Positions 49,115-60,484 of a stretch of DNA of 64,000 nt are shown here, one piece after another. Position 1 is the stretch's first letter. Each line of letters opens with the position of its first letter. This DNA comes from a virus: positions 32,001 through 96,000 of the IMG/VR virus record IMGVR_UViG_3300047476_000597; one strand, written 5' to 3'. The translations under genes and the position numbers were made by a program. The notes beneath the pieces are model-generated. The model saw nothing but the letters and a program-made list of their open reading frames with translations. It made no database searches and was not told the origin of the DNA.

Positions 49115-49819
49115 ATGAATAACAGTACTATACAGATTAAGATAAAAGAACGGCTTAATAAGGGAGATTCTGGTGACTATCCAGATCTCCCTTGTTGGGT
49201 TATAGCCGAGGCTTTTAATAAAGAACAATCAGCTTGGACTAGAGAACAGCTGCAGGGTATTAATGGTCTACGTGCTGGTGCCGAAGGTTCTATTAGACGT
49301 ATAGATGATTTAGAGCGACTATTAACTACCTGGGATATTCCTATGACTGACATGGGTATATACTATGAGTCTACAGTAGGTGTACCAGCTGACTATCTTC
49401 AGTATAGTAGGGTGTCTGTTAGTGCTGTTTGTCCTAGCTGCCCACCTCGACCTATGGTAGTCTATCTAAAACCAGTATCTGATGTAGACATATTGCTGAC
49501 TAGTCAAACTGAGCGACCTAGTTATGAGTGGAGAGAAACATTCTGTACTATGGCTGGTAACAATATCAGGATATATACCAATAACGAGTTTGGTCTTACT
49601 ACGCCCTATCTTATATACTATAGACAACCTAGGAATATAGAGATACTCGGATGTGTAGACCCATACACCGGCAATCCTGTTACTGTGGATGTAGAATCAG
49701 AACTACCAGACTCAGTAATAGAGATTATCATTGATCGGGCAGCTGGTCTAGTAGGTGGGGACATAGAGAACAGTTTTCAGGTTCAACGCAATAATCAAGA
49801 TGCTCAACAATCTACCTAA
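49115..49819 (+). CDS. Tail ring/adaptor protein (crAss-like)
   Basis: RIDDL, YYRQP, ELP...EIIDRA. Confidence 0.7.
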   Translation: MNNSTIQIKIKERLNKGDSGDYPDLPCWVIAEAFNKEQSAWTREQLQGINGLRAGAEGSIRRIDDLERLLTTWDIPMTDMGIYYESTVGVPADYLQYSRVSVSAVCPSCPPRPMVVYLKPVSDVDILLTSQTERPSYEWRETFCTMAGNNIRIYTNNEFGLTTPYLIYYRQPRNIEILGCVDPYTGNPVTVDVESELPDSVIEIIIDRAAGLVGGDIENSFQVQRNNQDAQQST

Positions 49820-51294
49820 TGGTATCAGGTCTAGTATTTAAAGGAAAATGGAATGCATATAGTAACATAGCCACATTAACCAACAATGTTAATGTGGTTA
49901 ATGCTTTACAGGACGGTGTAGGAACATTAGGAGATGCTTATATTGTATATGCACTCAATAATGCCACATCGTATAATATATGGGACAGAGACCTTGGTTC
50001 TGGTTCTAAGAGCTGGATAGCACTATCTTACATATACTACGATGGGTCACAATGGAATCCATTAGAGTACTCTGGTGGAGGAGGCTCAGGCACTGTTAGT
50101 AATGTAGCCACATCTGCTCCTATAACAGGAGGTCCTATTACTACTACAGGAACAATAGGGATAACAAAAGCTAATACTAGTACAGATGGTTATCTAGACA
50201 AGGTAGATTGGAATACCTTTAATAATAAGGCAGATCTACCTATAGACCTTGCATCTGATGTTACTGGCAATCTTCCTGTTGCTAATCTTAATAATGGTAC
50301 TGGTGCCGGCAGTACTACATTCTGGAGAGGAGATGCTACATGGGCCACACCAGCTGGTACTAGTCCTGGTGGTTCTAATACTCAGGTACAGTATAATAAC
50401 GCTGGTTCTTTTGGTGGAGCTGCTAATGTTAATATAGATACTGATGGTAGATTATTATTACCAGTGTCTACTGCCCTACCTACAGTGTCAGCTGGCGGTA
50501 AACCTTACGCTGATACTAATAGTGGATTAGCACAATTAAGATGGTTACCACAATTAGGTATAGATGCTCCTTTGCAAAGAAAATTAGGATATGGTACAAT
50601 AGGTATAGCTACACCTGCAGCTACTGGTACATTGTTTGCTGAGGGGCACTTTGCTGGTGCAGCTTTACAAAATACTGCTGGTACTACTACTAATAAAACA
50701 TATAGTAATACAAGCGTTCTTAGTTGCAAAACAAGATATATAATGGCTGCTTCTACAGCTGCTAACCAGGTAGTAACCGTTAGAATGGGTAATACAGCTC
50801 CTAGTGGGCTTATTATAAATGACAGTGCTTATGGAGGCGGTACTCTTCTTACCATGACAATAGGTTTTCCTGTTTATAGTTCTGGCCAAAGGATATTTAT
50901 GGGTTATCAGACACTTACTTCTAATATTAGTGGTACAGTAGATATCTCTACTTTGGTCAACATGTTTGGTATAGGAAAAGATGTTGCTGACAGTACTTTA
51001 CAATGGATGCACAATGATGCTACTGGTACAGCCACAAAATCATCCACAGGAGTAACAGTTAATACTAATAATATCTATATAATAGAGATTTTTGTTCCTT
51101 CTAATAGTACTACAATATATGGAGTTTTGTATGAAATGACTAATGCTTCGTGTACAGTAGTTAGTTCTTATAGCACAAGTTCCAATATACCAGCTGTTGG
51201 TACTAGATTATATTTTCAGCAGTTTATAGGGAATGCAACCACTGGTGTTGCAACCTCCCTAGCAGTTATAACAACAGTAGAAGAAAATTATTAA
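49819..51294 (+). CDS. Fibre/decoration protein
   Basis: Gly/Thr-rich; FKGKWNA, GTVSNV...PITGGPITTTGTI, FWRGDATW, PGGSNTQVQYN. Confidence 0.75.
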   Translation: MVSGLVFKGKWNAYSNIATLTNNVNVVNALQDGVGTLGDAYIVYALNNATSYNIWDRDLGSGSKSWIALSYIYYDGSQWNPLEYSGGGGSGTVSNVATSAPITGGPITTTGTIGITKANTSTDGYLDKVDWNTFNNKADLPIDLASDVTGNLPVANLNNGTGAGSTTFWRGDATWATPAGTSPGGSNTQVQYNNAGSFGGAANVNIDTDGRLLLPVSTALPTVSAGGKPYADTNSGLAQLRWLPQLGIDAPLQRKLGYGTIGIATPAATGTLFAEGHFAGAALQNTAGTTTNKTYSNTSVLSCKTRYIMAASTAANQVVTVRMGNTAPSGLIINDSAYGGGTLLTMTIGFPVYSSGQRIFMGYQTLTSNISGTVDISTLVNMFGIGKDVADSTLQWMHNDATGTATKSSTGVTVNTNNIYIIEIFVPSNSTTIYGVLYEMTNASCTVVSSYSTSSNIPAVGTRLYFQQFIGNATTGVATSLAVITTVEENY

Positions 51295-51296
51295 TT

Positions 51297-51563
51297 ATGA
51301 ATAAACTGATAGAGCCAAAGTTAATAAATGACCAATGGGCAACTTCCATAGAAATTTGGCAGACTTTTAATAGTATGGAACTTAATGTAGATATTGGAGG
51401 TCATGCTCTTATACAGTACACTATCTTAACTTCTTTAGGAAGTTCTATTACTAGTGGTCATATTAGATTAGACGGTGAGACATATACAATATGGACAGGA
51501 GATTATCAATATGCAGCTGATTATATAGCTGCAGAGTTAGATATTGCTTTTTTATCAGAATAA
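51297..51563 (+). CDS. Small fibre-associated protein
   Basis: Follows the fibre gene. Confidence 0.55.
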   Translation: MNKLIEPKLINDQWATSIEIWQTFNSMELNVDIGGHALIQYTILTSLGSSITSGHIRLDGETYTIWTGDYQYAADYIAAELDIAFLSE

Positions 51564-51580
51564 AACACTATCTTTAACAT

Positions 51581-53020
51581 ATGGCACTAAGAGATCAGAA
51601 TCCTAAAAACCTAGCATTTGCTTCCAAAGTAGATTGGAGTGTTGCTTGGATTGAGATATTAAAAGGACAGGTATGGGGACTAGAACAAAATGGTGGAGGT
51701 GGTTCTCTACAGGTTAACTCTGATTGGGATGCTACTAGTGGTGTAGCTGCGATACTCAATAAACCTAATGTAGTTGAGAATCCTTTTACAGAAGATATTA
51801 GTGCTGGTAGTTTTAAAATAACTAGTTTAGCTACACCTACAGCAGGTATGGACGCTGTTAATAAAGCGTATGTAGATACTTTTGTGCAAGGTCTATCGCC
51901 TAAAACAGCAGTTAGAGTGGCTACTACAGTAACATTGGTTGGTACATATAACAATGGTGCCGGTACTTTTACCATGACTGCTACAGGTGTACTTACTGTA
52001 GATGGGATTAATCTTTTGCTGGGAGATAGGGTACTTATAAAAGATCAGGTAGATCAGTCACAGAATGGTATATACAGTGTTACAACAGAAGGAATTATAG
52101 GAATAGCTACAGTATTTACTAGAACTACAGATGCTGATACAGGAACAGAATTAGTATCTGCTTATGTACAAACAGGTTCAGAGGGATCTACACAAGCTAA
52201 CAAAGGTTACACACAAGCTACTCCTAGTCCTATAACAATAGGTACATCTCCTATTGTATGGAATCTTTTTAATAGTAATACATATGGAGATGGTACTGGT
52301 ATCACTATTGGTTCTGGTAATCTAATAAATTCCAATTTGTCTACAGGGGTACCCGGTCCTGGTAATACAGGACAGCCTGTTAGGGGAGGTACTACATCTG
52401 AAGGTGCTCTTACTATAGTAGGTTCTATATCTACTGATCCACGTACTACTACAGCACCGGCTGTTATTGTTAGTAGTGCTGGCCCTTTAGGAGATGACAA
52501 TACTGCTCAGGTACATATGTCAATACCTGTTACAGTTGCCCAAACTAGTACTGCTGGATATACTGGTCTTAAACTAGCTGTTACTGAAACATCGTTGGGT
52601 AGTGGTACTAAGAATCTTATGGAACTACTAGCTGGTGCAGCTGGTACTTCTTCTAGGTTTGCAGTAGCTAATACGGGTACAATTACCGTAGTCTCTGGTG
52701 CTAATAGATTCGCTTTTAATACTAGAGAGGTAACAGCAGCTACTGATACATTTGTAATAGGAGATAATGAAGGTACTATTTTTGGTAATAGAGCTACTGC
52801 TCAGACCTTTACAGTTCCTCTTAATAGTTCTGTAGCTTTTCCTATAGGAGCTCGTATAGATATTATACAAAAAGGAGCTGGTAAGATTACTATAGCTGGA
52901 CCTGGTGTTACAATAAACTCACAAGGTGGGTTTTTGTCTGTAGGTGCTCAATATGTAGGAGTGACTCTTATTAAAGAAGCTATAAATACATGGTACTTAA
53001 TCGGCAATTTAATCACATAA
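51581..53020 (+). CDS. Tail-fibre-like protein
   Basis: QVNSDW...ILNKP, DAVNKAYVD, GDRVLIKDQ...NGIY, SVAFPIG...WYLIGNL. Confidence 0.8.
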   Translation: MALRDQNPKNLAFASKVDWSVAWIEILKGQVWGLEQNGGGGSLQVNSDWDATSGVAAILNKPNVVENPFTEDISAGSFKITSLATPTAGMDAVNKAYVDTFVQGLSPKTAVRVATTVTLVGTYNNGAGTFTMTATGVLTVDGINLLLGDRVLIKDQVDQSQNGIYSVTTEGIIGIATVFTRTTDADTGTELVSAYVQTGSEGSTQANKGYTQATPSPITIGTSPIVWNLFNSNTYGDGTGITIGSGNLINSNLSTGVPGPGNTGQPVRGGTTSEGALTIVGSISTDPRTTTAPAVIVSSAGPLGDDNTAQVHMSIPVTVAQTSTAGYTGLKLAVTETSLGSGTKNLMELLAGAAGTSSRFAVANTGTITVVSGANRFAFNTREVTAATDTFVIGDNEGTIFGNRATAQTFTVPLNSSVAFPIGARIDIIQKGAGKITIAGPGVTINSQGGFLSVGAQYVGVTLIKEAINTWYLIGNLIT

Positions 53021-53021
53021 T

Positions 53022-53675
53022 ATGGCGTTCTCTATAGGAATATTATCGGCAGCTAGTTCATCTAGGGTATATGCTACACTAGACCCAGTAAGAAAAAGCC
53101 CTAATGTTACTGTTACTGGCAGTAATCTTACTGGTAATGGCACCACTACTGCTGTAGGTGTTGGTATAGCTACTATAGGAAAAAGTAGTGGCAAATGGTA
53201 TTGGGAGGCTACTGTTAATAACTGTAATCAGACTACCTATGGAAAGATTGGTGTAACTAATATACTAATGGTGCCTCCTTATAATTTACCTAATTCGTTA
53301 GGTGGAGGAGGTACTAGTGGCACTGGAACAGTTGGTTATTGGGGTAGTGGGGCAGCTAATGGAACAACAAAGGCAAGCTATAATTTTGCAGGTTCTTCTG
53401 TTTTAGTTAATGGAAATGGGGGACAAATAGTTAATGGAGATGTGTTAAGTGTGGCACTTGACCTATCTACTAACAATGTTAGTTTTTACAGAAATGGCAC
53501 ATTAGCCTGTACTATAGCATTGTCAGCTTCTACTTGGTATCCAGCTTTTGCAACTACGGCTATTAACCCAGTAACATCAGTTACATTTAATTTTGGTCAG
53601 AATGCTTGGAGTGCTACTACAGCTGGAATAAGAGCTACATTATTTGCTAGTGGATATACAATAGGATTATACTAA
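53022..53675 (+). CDS. SPRY/concanavalin-like domain protein
   Basis: SGKWYWE, GDVLSVALDL, FYRNG, NFGQ. Confidence 0.8.
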   Translation: MAFSIGILSAASSSRVYATLDPVRKSPNVTVTGSNLTGNGTTTAVGVGIATIGKSSGKWYWEATVNNCNQTTYGKIGVTNILMVPPYNLPNSLGGGGTSGTGTVGYWGSGAANGTTKASYNFAGSSVLVNGNGGQIVNGDVLSVALDLSTNNVSFYRNGTLACTIALSASTWYPAFATTAINPVTSVTFNFGQNAWSATTAGIRATLFASGYTIGLY

Positions 53676-53687
53676 ACTACATAACAT

Positions 53688-54002
53688 ATGAACATTTCAC
53701 AAAATTTTTACGATCTTGTAGACATTGCAACAGACACTATAGATGCTATAGGTCCACTAGTTATTACCCCTACTAATGCTTATGCATTATCTCAACAGAT
53801 GCCAGGGCTATTTTCTATAGAAAAAAATCCTAACGGAAAAGACAAACTATGTGTGCCTAAGATAGATGGAGAGCCATTAGACTTGTCTGTTAATATTAAC
53901 ACGACAGATGCCTATATAGCGTCTCCTGAGCCGTTTATACCGGTATATGTAATAGGCCCACACCCAGTTCGTATTTTTACATTGAAACCAGGAGGCAAAT
54001 AA
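53688..54002 (+). CDS. Hypothetical protein
   Basis: ORF. Confidence 0.6.
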   Translation: MNISQNFYDLVDIATDTIDAIGPLVITPTNAYALSQQMPGLFSIEKNPNGKDKLCVPKIDGEPLDLSVNINTTDAYIASPEPFIPVYVIGPHPVRIFTLKPGGK

Positions 54003-55059
54003 TGAAAAAACTAGCTATAGGAATAAAAGAACAGTTTTGGTCCTTTATAATATACTATGGTCAAGAGATAAAAAGAGTACAGTGGTATGATAAACTAATC
54101 ATACTGCTGTTCTTTTTACGTCCTATTAGTATTCCTTATGGTAGTGAGGTGATACCACAGCTACAGGAGTATGAGTACACATATCAGGAGTTCTGGTATT
54201 ATTTTTCTTCTCGTCTTTTGGAGGTTTGTTTTATTTGGTCTATCTTTAAGAAAACAACACATAATATTGTTTTTCTAAGTTTCCTTTTACTAGGCATTGG
54301 AGCAGTAATAAAAGAGTTTACTGCTACTACTTTTAGTTGGAACACCGAACAGTTTGTGTGGTTGTTTTCAGTGTTTTTATATACTTACGTCTATCATGTA
54401 ATATCAGAAAAAAGATTAGATAAAAAAGAAAAACAACTAACAATGGATAATAAAAACTTGTTTGATTTTTGGTGGTCTGATGTGTGGGCCGTTATACTAA
54501 AACATCTCTCTATTATTGGACTACTATTGTTAGGATTAGTAGGAAAATTCTCTTACGATTTTCTGCAAAATAAGAAATTTACAATAGGTTACATACTAGC
54601 CAATAGTGGTATATCTATTTTTGGAGGTTGGTTAGCTTCAGGGGTTATTGATAGGTTCTCTCCTGAAAACAGGAATGTTCTTATTCCTATAGCTACTATG
54701 TTAGCCTATAACTTTGTATCAGCCCTTATGAGTGTAAACTGGGAGGCTGTTGCTAACAGGGAATGGAGAAAAGCATTTGATATACTACTAAAAAAGAAAG
54801 ACTAATGGCTGTTTCTAGTAACAATGGTGGTATGGATCCCACTAGAATATTTTGGTTTATAGCAGGTTCTTGTGGGTTTGTATTTTTGTACATAACAGCA
54901 ATTACTTTTATTCCTATACCAGAGAGTAACATACGTTTTGTAGATATTGCTTTATCATTTCTAATGGGTACCGTATTAGGTAACTCTAACGGTTATTTAC
55001 TAGGTGGATCTCCTGAAAAGAAAAAAGAAGACAAAAAAGATGAAAACACTAATAACTGA
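54002..55059 (+). CDS. Two membrane proteins (54002-54805 and 54805-55059); holin candidates
   Basis: Multiple TM helices; the second has two TMs and a charged tail. Confidence 0.55.
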
Positions 55060-55736
55060 TAATCGTTTTATAGCCTTTCTTTTAGTGTTGCTAATAATAG
55101 CTGTGTATCTACTATCTACAAAAGAAAAAACTACATATAGTACTGGTTATCAACAGCTGCTCGATTCTATTAATACCATACAGCTAGGATATGATAGAAG
55201 GTTGCAAGAACTACAACAACAGTATACGGATGATAGTGAACGTGCAGCTGTATTACAGACTATAGTTCCTACATACACTACAGCTGCTACTAACATAAAA
55301 ACAAAGCACAATGAGATACGTCATTCTTACAACAATCTTCCTACTGATAGTCAGCTGGTCTTTTTCTCAAACTGGCTATCCAAAGAAGCTAGTACTAGAT
55401 AACGGAGATACGGTTATTGCTATTACTATTCAGCAGATGAATACATCATCTCTTGTGTATTTGCAGTATAAAGAATACAAAGAGCTCAACGATAGTCTAC
55501 TACTGTATATGGACAGCTGTACTGCTTTGGTTAGCATACTCAACAGAATGAACAGCAACCTTAATCAGCAGCTGGTTGTTACTGATAGCCTTGTAGCTGG
55601 TAAGAATCATATAATAACAGAGGCTACTAAGACTATAAAAAAGCAAGATAGGAGTATACGTAAACTACATATTGGTAACAGAGTATTGTATGGTATAGTA
55701 GCCGGATTATCACTAGCTGTATTACTACTATTGTGA
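55020..55736 (+). CDS. Overlapping spanin-like pair (55020-55402 and 55311-55736)
   Basis: First ORF has an N-terminal TM plus coiled coil; second has a signal peptide, coiled coil and C-terminal TM. Confidence 0.5.
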
Positions 55737-55847
55737 TTTATAGCTATTTCTTTCTCTTACTGCAAAAACATTATTATGTTGCAGTTTAGCTAATGTTTTC
55801 TTTATATCTTTAATCCGAGGGATTGTCCTCACTAAAATTTTGTAAAA

Positions 55848-57170
55848 ATGACTAATGCACATGTTTTTAAGATGGAGTTTCTTGCTTCCACTACAGGAGG
55901 AGTAATTAACCTAGCACCATCTGGTACTAATTTTTATGACCTGAGTAACGTACCTGGTCAGGTAGGTGTGTTTCCTACAGATTCCTACGGTATCTACAGT
56001 GTAGCTACTACAACAGCTACTGCACAAGATATTGTAATAGCAGCTGGTAGTTATATGACTACTGATATGATAACTCCGTATCTAGGAGGCTATCAAGAAA
56101 CACCTGCATCTAAAAGGATTCAGTTGAATCTAGTTACAAGGTTTGTTCATGATATTGCACATACTGGTCAACAGCAGAAGGTAGCTATTGGTTGGGATAT
56201 GTCAGTAACCGGTGATACTGCAGATATAGGCCCACGTTTCTTCTGTGGTCAGACCTATACTATCTTTGTACAGGTATTAGGAGATCCTGCTTTCCAGACG
56301 TTCTTGAAAGCAATGTATAATGAGTTTGAGGCTTGGGGTGGATGTTGCACTACAGGTTGTGCTACTGGTTGTACGTCAGATTATACAGATCCTGTGTGCA
56401 TCATGCTTCAGTGGAAAGACCGTATGTATCAAACACCAATGTGGTGTCCTATTACTGGTAGATGGGCTGGTTTTATATTACCAAAGGTCTATTGGAATAA
56501 TAGCGGAGTGAAAACAGAAGCATTCTCTGCTCTTGATGTTCAAGAAGGTCGTGCTGGAGTTAACACCGAGTATCTATGTGATACTACCAACCCAGAAACG
56601 ATTGTAGCTGGTATGGAGATTACTGTAGCTTATCTTGATACAACCTTTGGTACATGTACATGGTCTTATACAGATTCTTACAACATATCACCTGCATACA
56701 TACAAGCTACACTGAAAACACAGGATTTTGACCCCTGTGCTATCAATACCACTATCAATACCTCAGTACCTAATATGTTTACAGAGCTACAAGCTCCTAG
56801 ACAAGCTAAAGGTGTAGGTAACACTGTTATCAAAGGGTTGATAGAATCTGGTAACTACAGACAAGAGCTGTTTGCTGATGGTAACTGGACTATGAGTCTA
56901 CGTATGAGAGAGATAGAAGGTAACAACCCTGTATCTGATGTTACAACTGCTTCTGGTCTTGCTAACGGTAATGCTGGTCTTTTTGATAAGGTAGTACTAG
57001 AACATCAGGTACCTCGTAAAAGAAACGCAACAAGTGTTTATGATGTAGACTATTATATCATAATCATGCATGTACCTAATGGTACGAATGTTGATCCTTA
57101 TACTAACCTTATATCAGCGTGTTTGTCAGCAGCTGGTAGTAATGTTACACTGGAAACACAACAACTATAA
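55848..57170 (+). CDS. Structural protein (auxiliary capsid-like)
   Basis: Has its own promoter box and terminator; Cys cluster CCTTGCATGC. Confidence 0.6.
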   Translation: MTNAHVFKMEFLASTTGGVINLAPSGTNFYDLSNVPGQVGVFPTDSYGIYSVATTTATAQDIVIAAGSYMTTDMITPYLGGYQETPASKRIQLNLVTRFVHDIAHTGQQQKVAIGWDMSVTGDTADIGPRFFCGQTYTIFVQVLGDPAFQTFLKAMYNEFEAWGGCCTTGCATGCTSDYTDPVCIMLQWKDRMYQTPMWCPITGRWAGFILPKVYWNNSGVKTEAFSALDVQEGRAGVNTEYLCDTTNPETIVAGMEITVAYLDTTFGTCTWSYTDSYNISPAYIQATLKTQDFDPCAINTTINTSVPNMFTELQAPRQAKGVGNTVIKGLIESGNYRQELFADGNWTMSLRMREIEGNNPVSDVTTASGLANGNAGLFDKVVLEHQVPRKRNATSVYDVDYYIIIMHVPNGTNVDPYTNLISACLSAAGSNVTLETQQL

Positions 57171-57192
57171 TAACACTGCGTATCATCACAAT

Positions 57193-57225
57193 AAAGGGGA
57201 GTACTACAATACTCCCCTTTTTTTC
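57193..57225 (+). terminator. Intrinsic terminator
   Basis: aaaggggagta...tactccccttt followed by a T-run. Confidence 0.8.
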
Positions 57226-57272
57226 TTAAAAACTTTTTTCTTATTCTGTTATTGTTGTATCTTTAATCTGTC

Positions 57273-57824
57273 ATGGGAAAACACATTCTTGCTCTCAACG
57301 TACCTACTATCTATAATCCAGGTATACTGGTTGTAGAAGACATATCTGTGTACGACAGTATACTACCTGTTTCATGTGAAACATTGCAGATAGTATACCC
57401 AGGTGGTTCAAGAGCTGTTCAGATTTCTGTTACTAAGGAGTTTAGGTCGGTACTCAATGCCTGTACACTAGGCTATACAATATCTACAGCATGTACTACC
57501 AGCTGTCCAGAAATACCGGATGGTATATACAACATACAGTACAGTGTATCTCCTAATGACAAGGTGTTTGTAGAGTATAACCATCTACGTACAACAGCTG
57601 TTCTTAATAGGTGGAATAACATGCTGTGTAGGTTAGATATGAAAGCATGTCTACCGGGTAAAGAAGAAGAGTACCAGTTGCAACAGTTGTACATGATAAA
57701 AGGATTCATAGATAGTGCAAAAGCAGCTGTAGAGGTTTGTCATAGGAACGAGGATGGTATTAACCTACTCAGATATGCAGAACATCTAATGGATAAGATG
57801 AGTTTTAAAAACCCAATATGTTAA
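57273..57824 (+). CDS. Virion structural protein
   Basis: IPDGIYNIQYSVSP motif that I recall from crAss-like tail proteins. Confidence 0.6.
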   Translation: MGKHILALNVPTIYNPGILVVEDISVYDSILPVSCETLQIVYPGGSRAVQISVTKEFRSVLNACTLGYTISTACTTSCPEIPDGIYNIQYSVSPNDKVFVEYNHLRTTAVLNRWNNMLCRLDMKACLPGKEEEYQLQQLYMIKGFIDSAKAAVEVCHRNEDGINLLRYAEHLMDKMSFKNPIC

Positions 57825-57825
57825 T

Positions 57826-57993
57826 ATGAAATGCCAAAACTGTAATACCACATTGTCCTGTAGCTGTCAGGTTAAGGTAGCATCAGATGGAAAAAGATGC
57901 TGCGGTAGTTGTATAGGGTCATACGAAAAAAAGAAACAAAATGCACAAAACAACGTACAGGTGTCCTTGCATAACCAGTTGCCCAGACCTTAG
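57826..57993 (+). CDS. 55-aa Cys-rich peptide (absent from the ORF track)
   Basis: MKCQNCNTTLSCSCQVKVASDGKRCCGSCIGSYEKKK... Confidence 0.6.
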   Translation: MKCQNCNTTLSCSCQVKVASDGKRCCGSCIGSYEKKKQNAQNNVQVSLHNQLPRP

Positions 57994-58802
57994 AGATAAG
58001 GAGTGTGAAGTAGCAGAAGACTATGTTAATACGTTCTATGCTGTTTACATAGAGGCATACTGGGGAATAGAACAGGCTAATAAAACAGTACCAATAAAAC
58101 AGGCTAGTAAACAGTATGATATATTACAATGGCAACTAGCTAACGATTGTGGTACATTATGTATAGAATCAAGAGTATAATATTATGATAGCAGTTAATA
58201 GTAACACAAAAAGCAAGAAGTGCTCTCACGTAATGAGTAGCAGCTGTATAACCTGGGATGGTTGTAGGGTAGAGGGTCTGTGTGAACCTGTGTCATTGAA
58301 TGATGTTATATGCAAGCTAAAAGAAGATACAGTATCTACATTCCCTTGTTATACAGGTTCTTGGGTTAGTTTGGTGCCTACTATACCAGCTACTGGTACG
58401 GCTGGTGCTACTACTTGGACACTCAGTAATTTTGGTATATCACAAGAGTTTTCTTTGTCTGTTGACACAGAAGATGTGCCAGGATATAGATGGACTAAAG
58501 ATGGTAATATACAGTTAAGAGGAACATCTGATTTTACTTTTGTTGGTTTTGTTGGTACTGAGGTATTTTCTATCCCATTAGGAACTGTCTCCACAACTTG
58601 CTTACCAGCTGGTATGAAGGCTCAGTCACATATTATATCAGTAGATCTTGTAGATGCTGACCAACGGTTTGTAATATTTTGTAAAGCCTATATACGTATT
58701 ACTAGTTCTGGTACACTAGAGTTGTTAATATCTATTCGTTCACTAGCTCCTTTTACTGGTAGATATGTACTAGGATTAGGAGGCGTAACATTCAATCTAT
58801 AA
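57941..58802 (+). CDS. Two Cys-containing virion-module proteins (57941-58180 and 58185-58802)
   Basis: CSHVMSSSCITWDG N-terminal motif; IQLRG receptor-binding-like C-terminus. Confidence 0.6.
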
Positions 58803-58805
58803 TAT

Positions 58806-60008
58806 ATGCCACCACCTCCAACATACGTACTCAACAAGAAGCAGTCGGTAGCTGCTAATCTTCGTTTTAAAGATAGTAATGGTATTCTTGTTACTGAGAT
58901 GTACCCGGTAAACTCAATAGAAGGACAACCAGATACACCAGAGACAGGTTATATTATGCATATAGGAGCTAGGTTATCAGCTTCTATAGACACTATTAAC
59001 GCTATTAATACTATTATAGAATCTTATTCTACTCGACTAGATAATCTAGAAGCTGAGGTATCTCAGATATTAGCATCAGGTGCCACTACTATACCTCTTG
59101 TTAATGGAGGATGCTTGAATAGTAACACAGTAGATGAGGTACAAAATGTAGTAGGGTTACTAGTAGAAAATAGCTGTGACTATAACGAGGTATTGGGTTC
59201 TATTAGCCAACTTAATACAGCTATACTATCTCAATGTGCTAACCTTAATACAGAAAATGCTTATAGTCAGAATACTGACATGGCCGGACTATCTGGTTGG
59301 TTTACTACACCAACTACAATAGGACAATCATTGAGTAATCTGTGGCGTTCCTATTGTGATATGAGAACAGGAGTAACACAAGCACTGTCACAATCTAATA
59401 TAACCTGTGCTAGTATAACAATGACTATATCAGGGTACTATAACCCTAGTACTAGAGAGCTTACAGTATATACTGGTGGTAGTCACTTACCATCAAATTT
59501 CTCAGAAACAGGTAGTTCAGAGTTAGTAGTAAAAGATAGTTATGGTAATGAGACATCAATAACTATGGACATAGAGTCTGTATTGGCAGCTGGTTTTGTT
59601 ACTATAGATCTAACATCTTCTGGACTATCACAAACCTCTAACTATTCAGTATTTTTTACATGGGATGTTGAAAGTACTACTCCGGCTCTTGGTTGTAATG
59701 GTACTAGGGTAATTACTGTTACCAATACTGTAGTAGTATGTACACCAGTCAGTATAACACCTGGGTCTACTACTGTTCAGTTTTCTTTTACTCCATATAT
59801 AACTAGCAACGTCATATACACCTTACAGCTGTTAAGTGCTTCTGGTACCGTAGTAGAGGCTACTAACACATATGTAAACCCAACTATTAGTGTATCTGGC
59901 TCTTTTACTGGCCTTAGTACATCTACTACATACTATATACAGTTAACTGTTAGTGTAGGCGGTGTAGAAACTATATGCCCATTGTACACCTTTAATACGA
60001 CCTCATAA
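58806..60008 (+). CDS. Structural protein with a coiled coil and C-terminal FN3 domain
   Basis: FTGLSTSTTYYIQL. Confidence 0.7.
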   Translation: MPPPPTYVLNKKQSVAANLRFKDSNGILVTEMYPVNSIEGQPDTPETGYIMHIGARLSASIDTINAINTIIESYSTRLDNLEAEVSQILASGATTIPLVNGGCLNSNTVDEVQNVVGLLVENSCDYNEVLGSISQLNTAILSQCANLNTENAYSQNTDMAGLSGWFTTPTTIGQSLSNLWRSYCDMRTGVTQALSQSNITCASITMTISGYYNPSTRELTVYTGGSHLPSNFSETGSSELVVKDSYGNETSITMDIESVLAAGFVTIDLTSSGLSQTSNYSVFFTWDVESTTPALGCNGTRVITVTNTVVVCTPVSITPGSTTVQFSFTPYITSNVIYTLQLLSASGTVVEATNTYVNPTISVSGSFTGLSTSTTYYIQLTVSVGGVETICPLYTFNTTS

Positions 60009-60475
60009 TGTGTAACTGTTCTAATACTACTACATGCAACAGATGTCAGAACAACCAATCGTGTGGTTGCCCTCCTGACTATTCTGTTCCATTGTTACCA
60101 GTAACTCCTTGTGAGTGCTGTCCTCCTGGGTACTATCCATTGGGTAATGGATACTGTTGTGCTGATGGTACTACTTGTAATGTAGCATCTCCTACTAATG
60201 TGCCTACTATACCTTGTACTCCCTGTGAAGATAGTGTAACTACTGACTGTGTTTTTGTAGCAAAAAACATAGATTGTTTAGGATTCAAGGAAGGTGTTAC
60301 AATGACACAGGCTTTAGAGTTTCTATGTAAACCAGCTTTTACAGAGATCTTACTATCTAACATTAGTAATACACAACGACTATTAAACATTTTCTGTAAC
60401 ATAGTAGCCTCTTGTGGGCCTGCACCTGGTTCTAGCACACCAATTCCAGGTCCTATTGATTGGACTATACCATAA
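60008..60475 (+). CDS. Very Cys-rich protein
   Basis: About 19 Cys in 155 aa. Confidence 0.7.
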   Translation: MCNCSNTTTCNRCQNNQSCGCPPDYSVPLLPVTPCECCPPGYYPLGNGYCCADGTTCNVASPTNVPTIPCTPCEDSVTTDCVFVAKNIDCLGFKEGVTMTQALEFLCKPAFTEILLSNISNTQRLLNIFCNIVASCGPAPGSSTPIPGPIDWTIP

Positions 60476-60484
60476 TATTATAAT

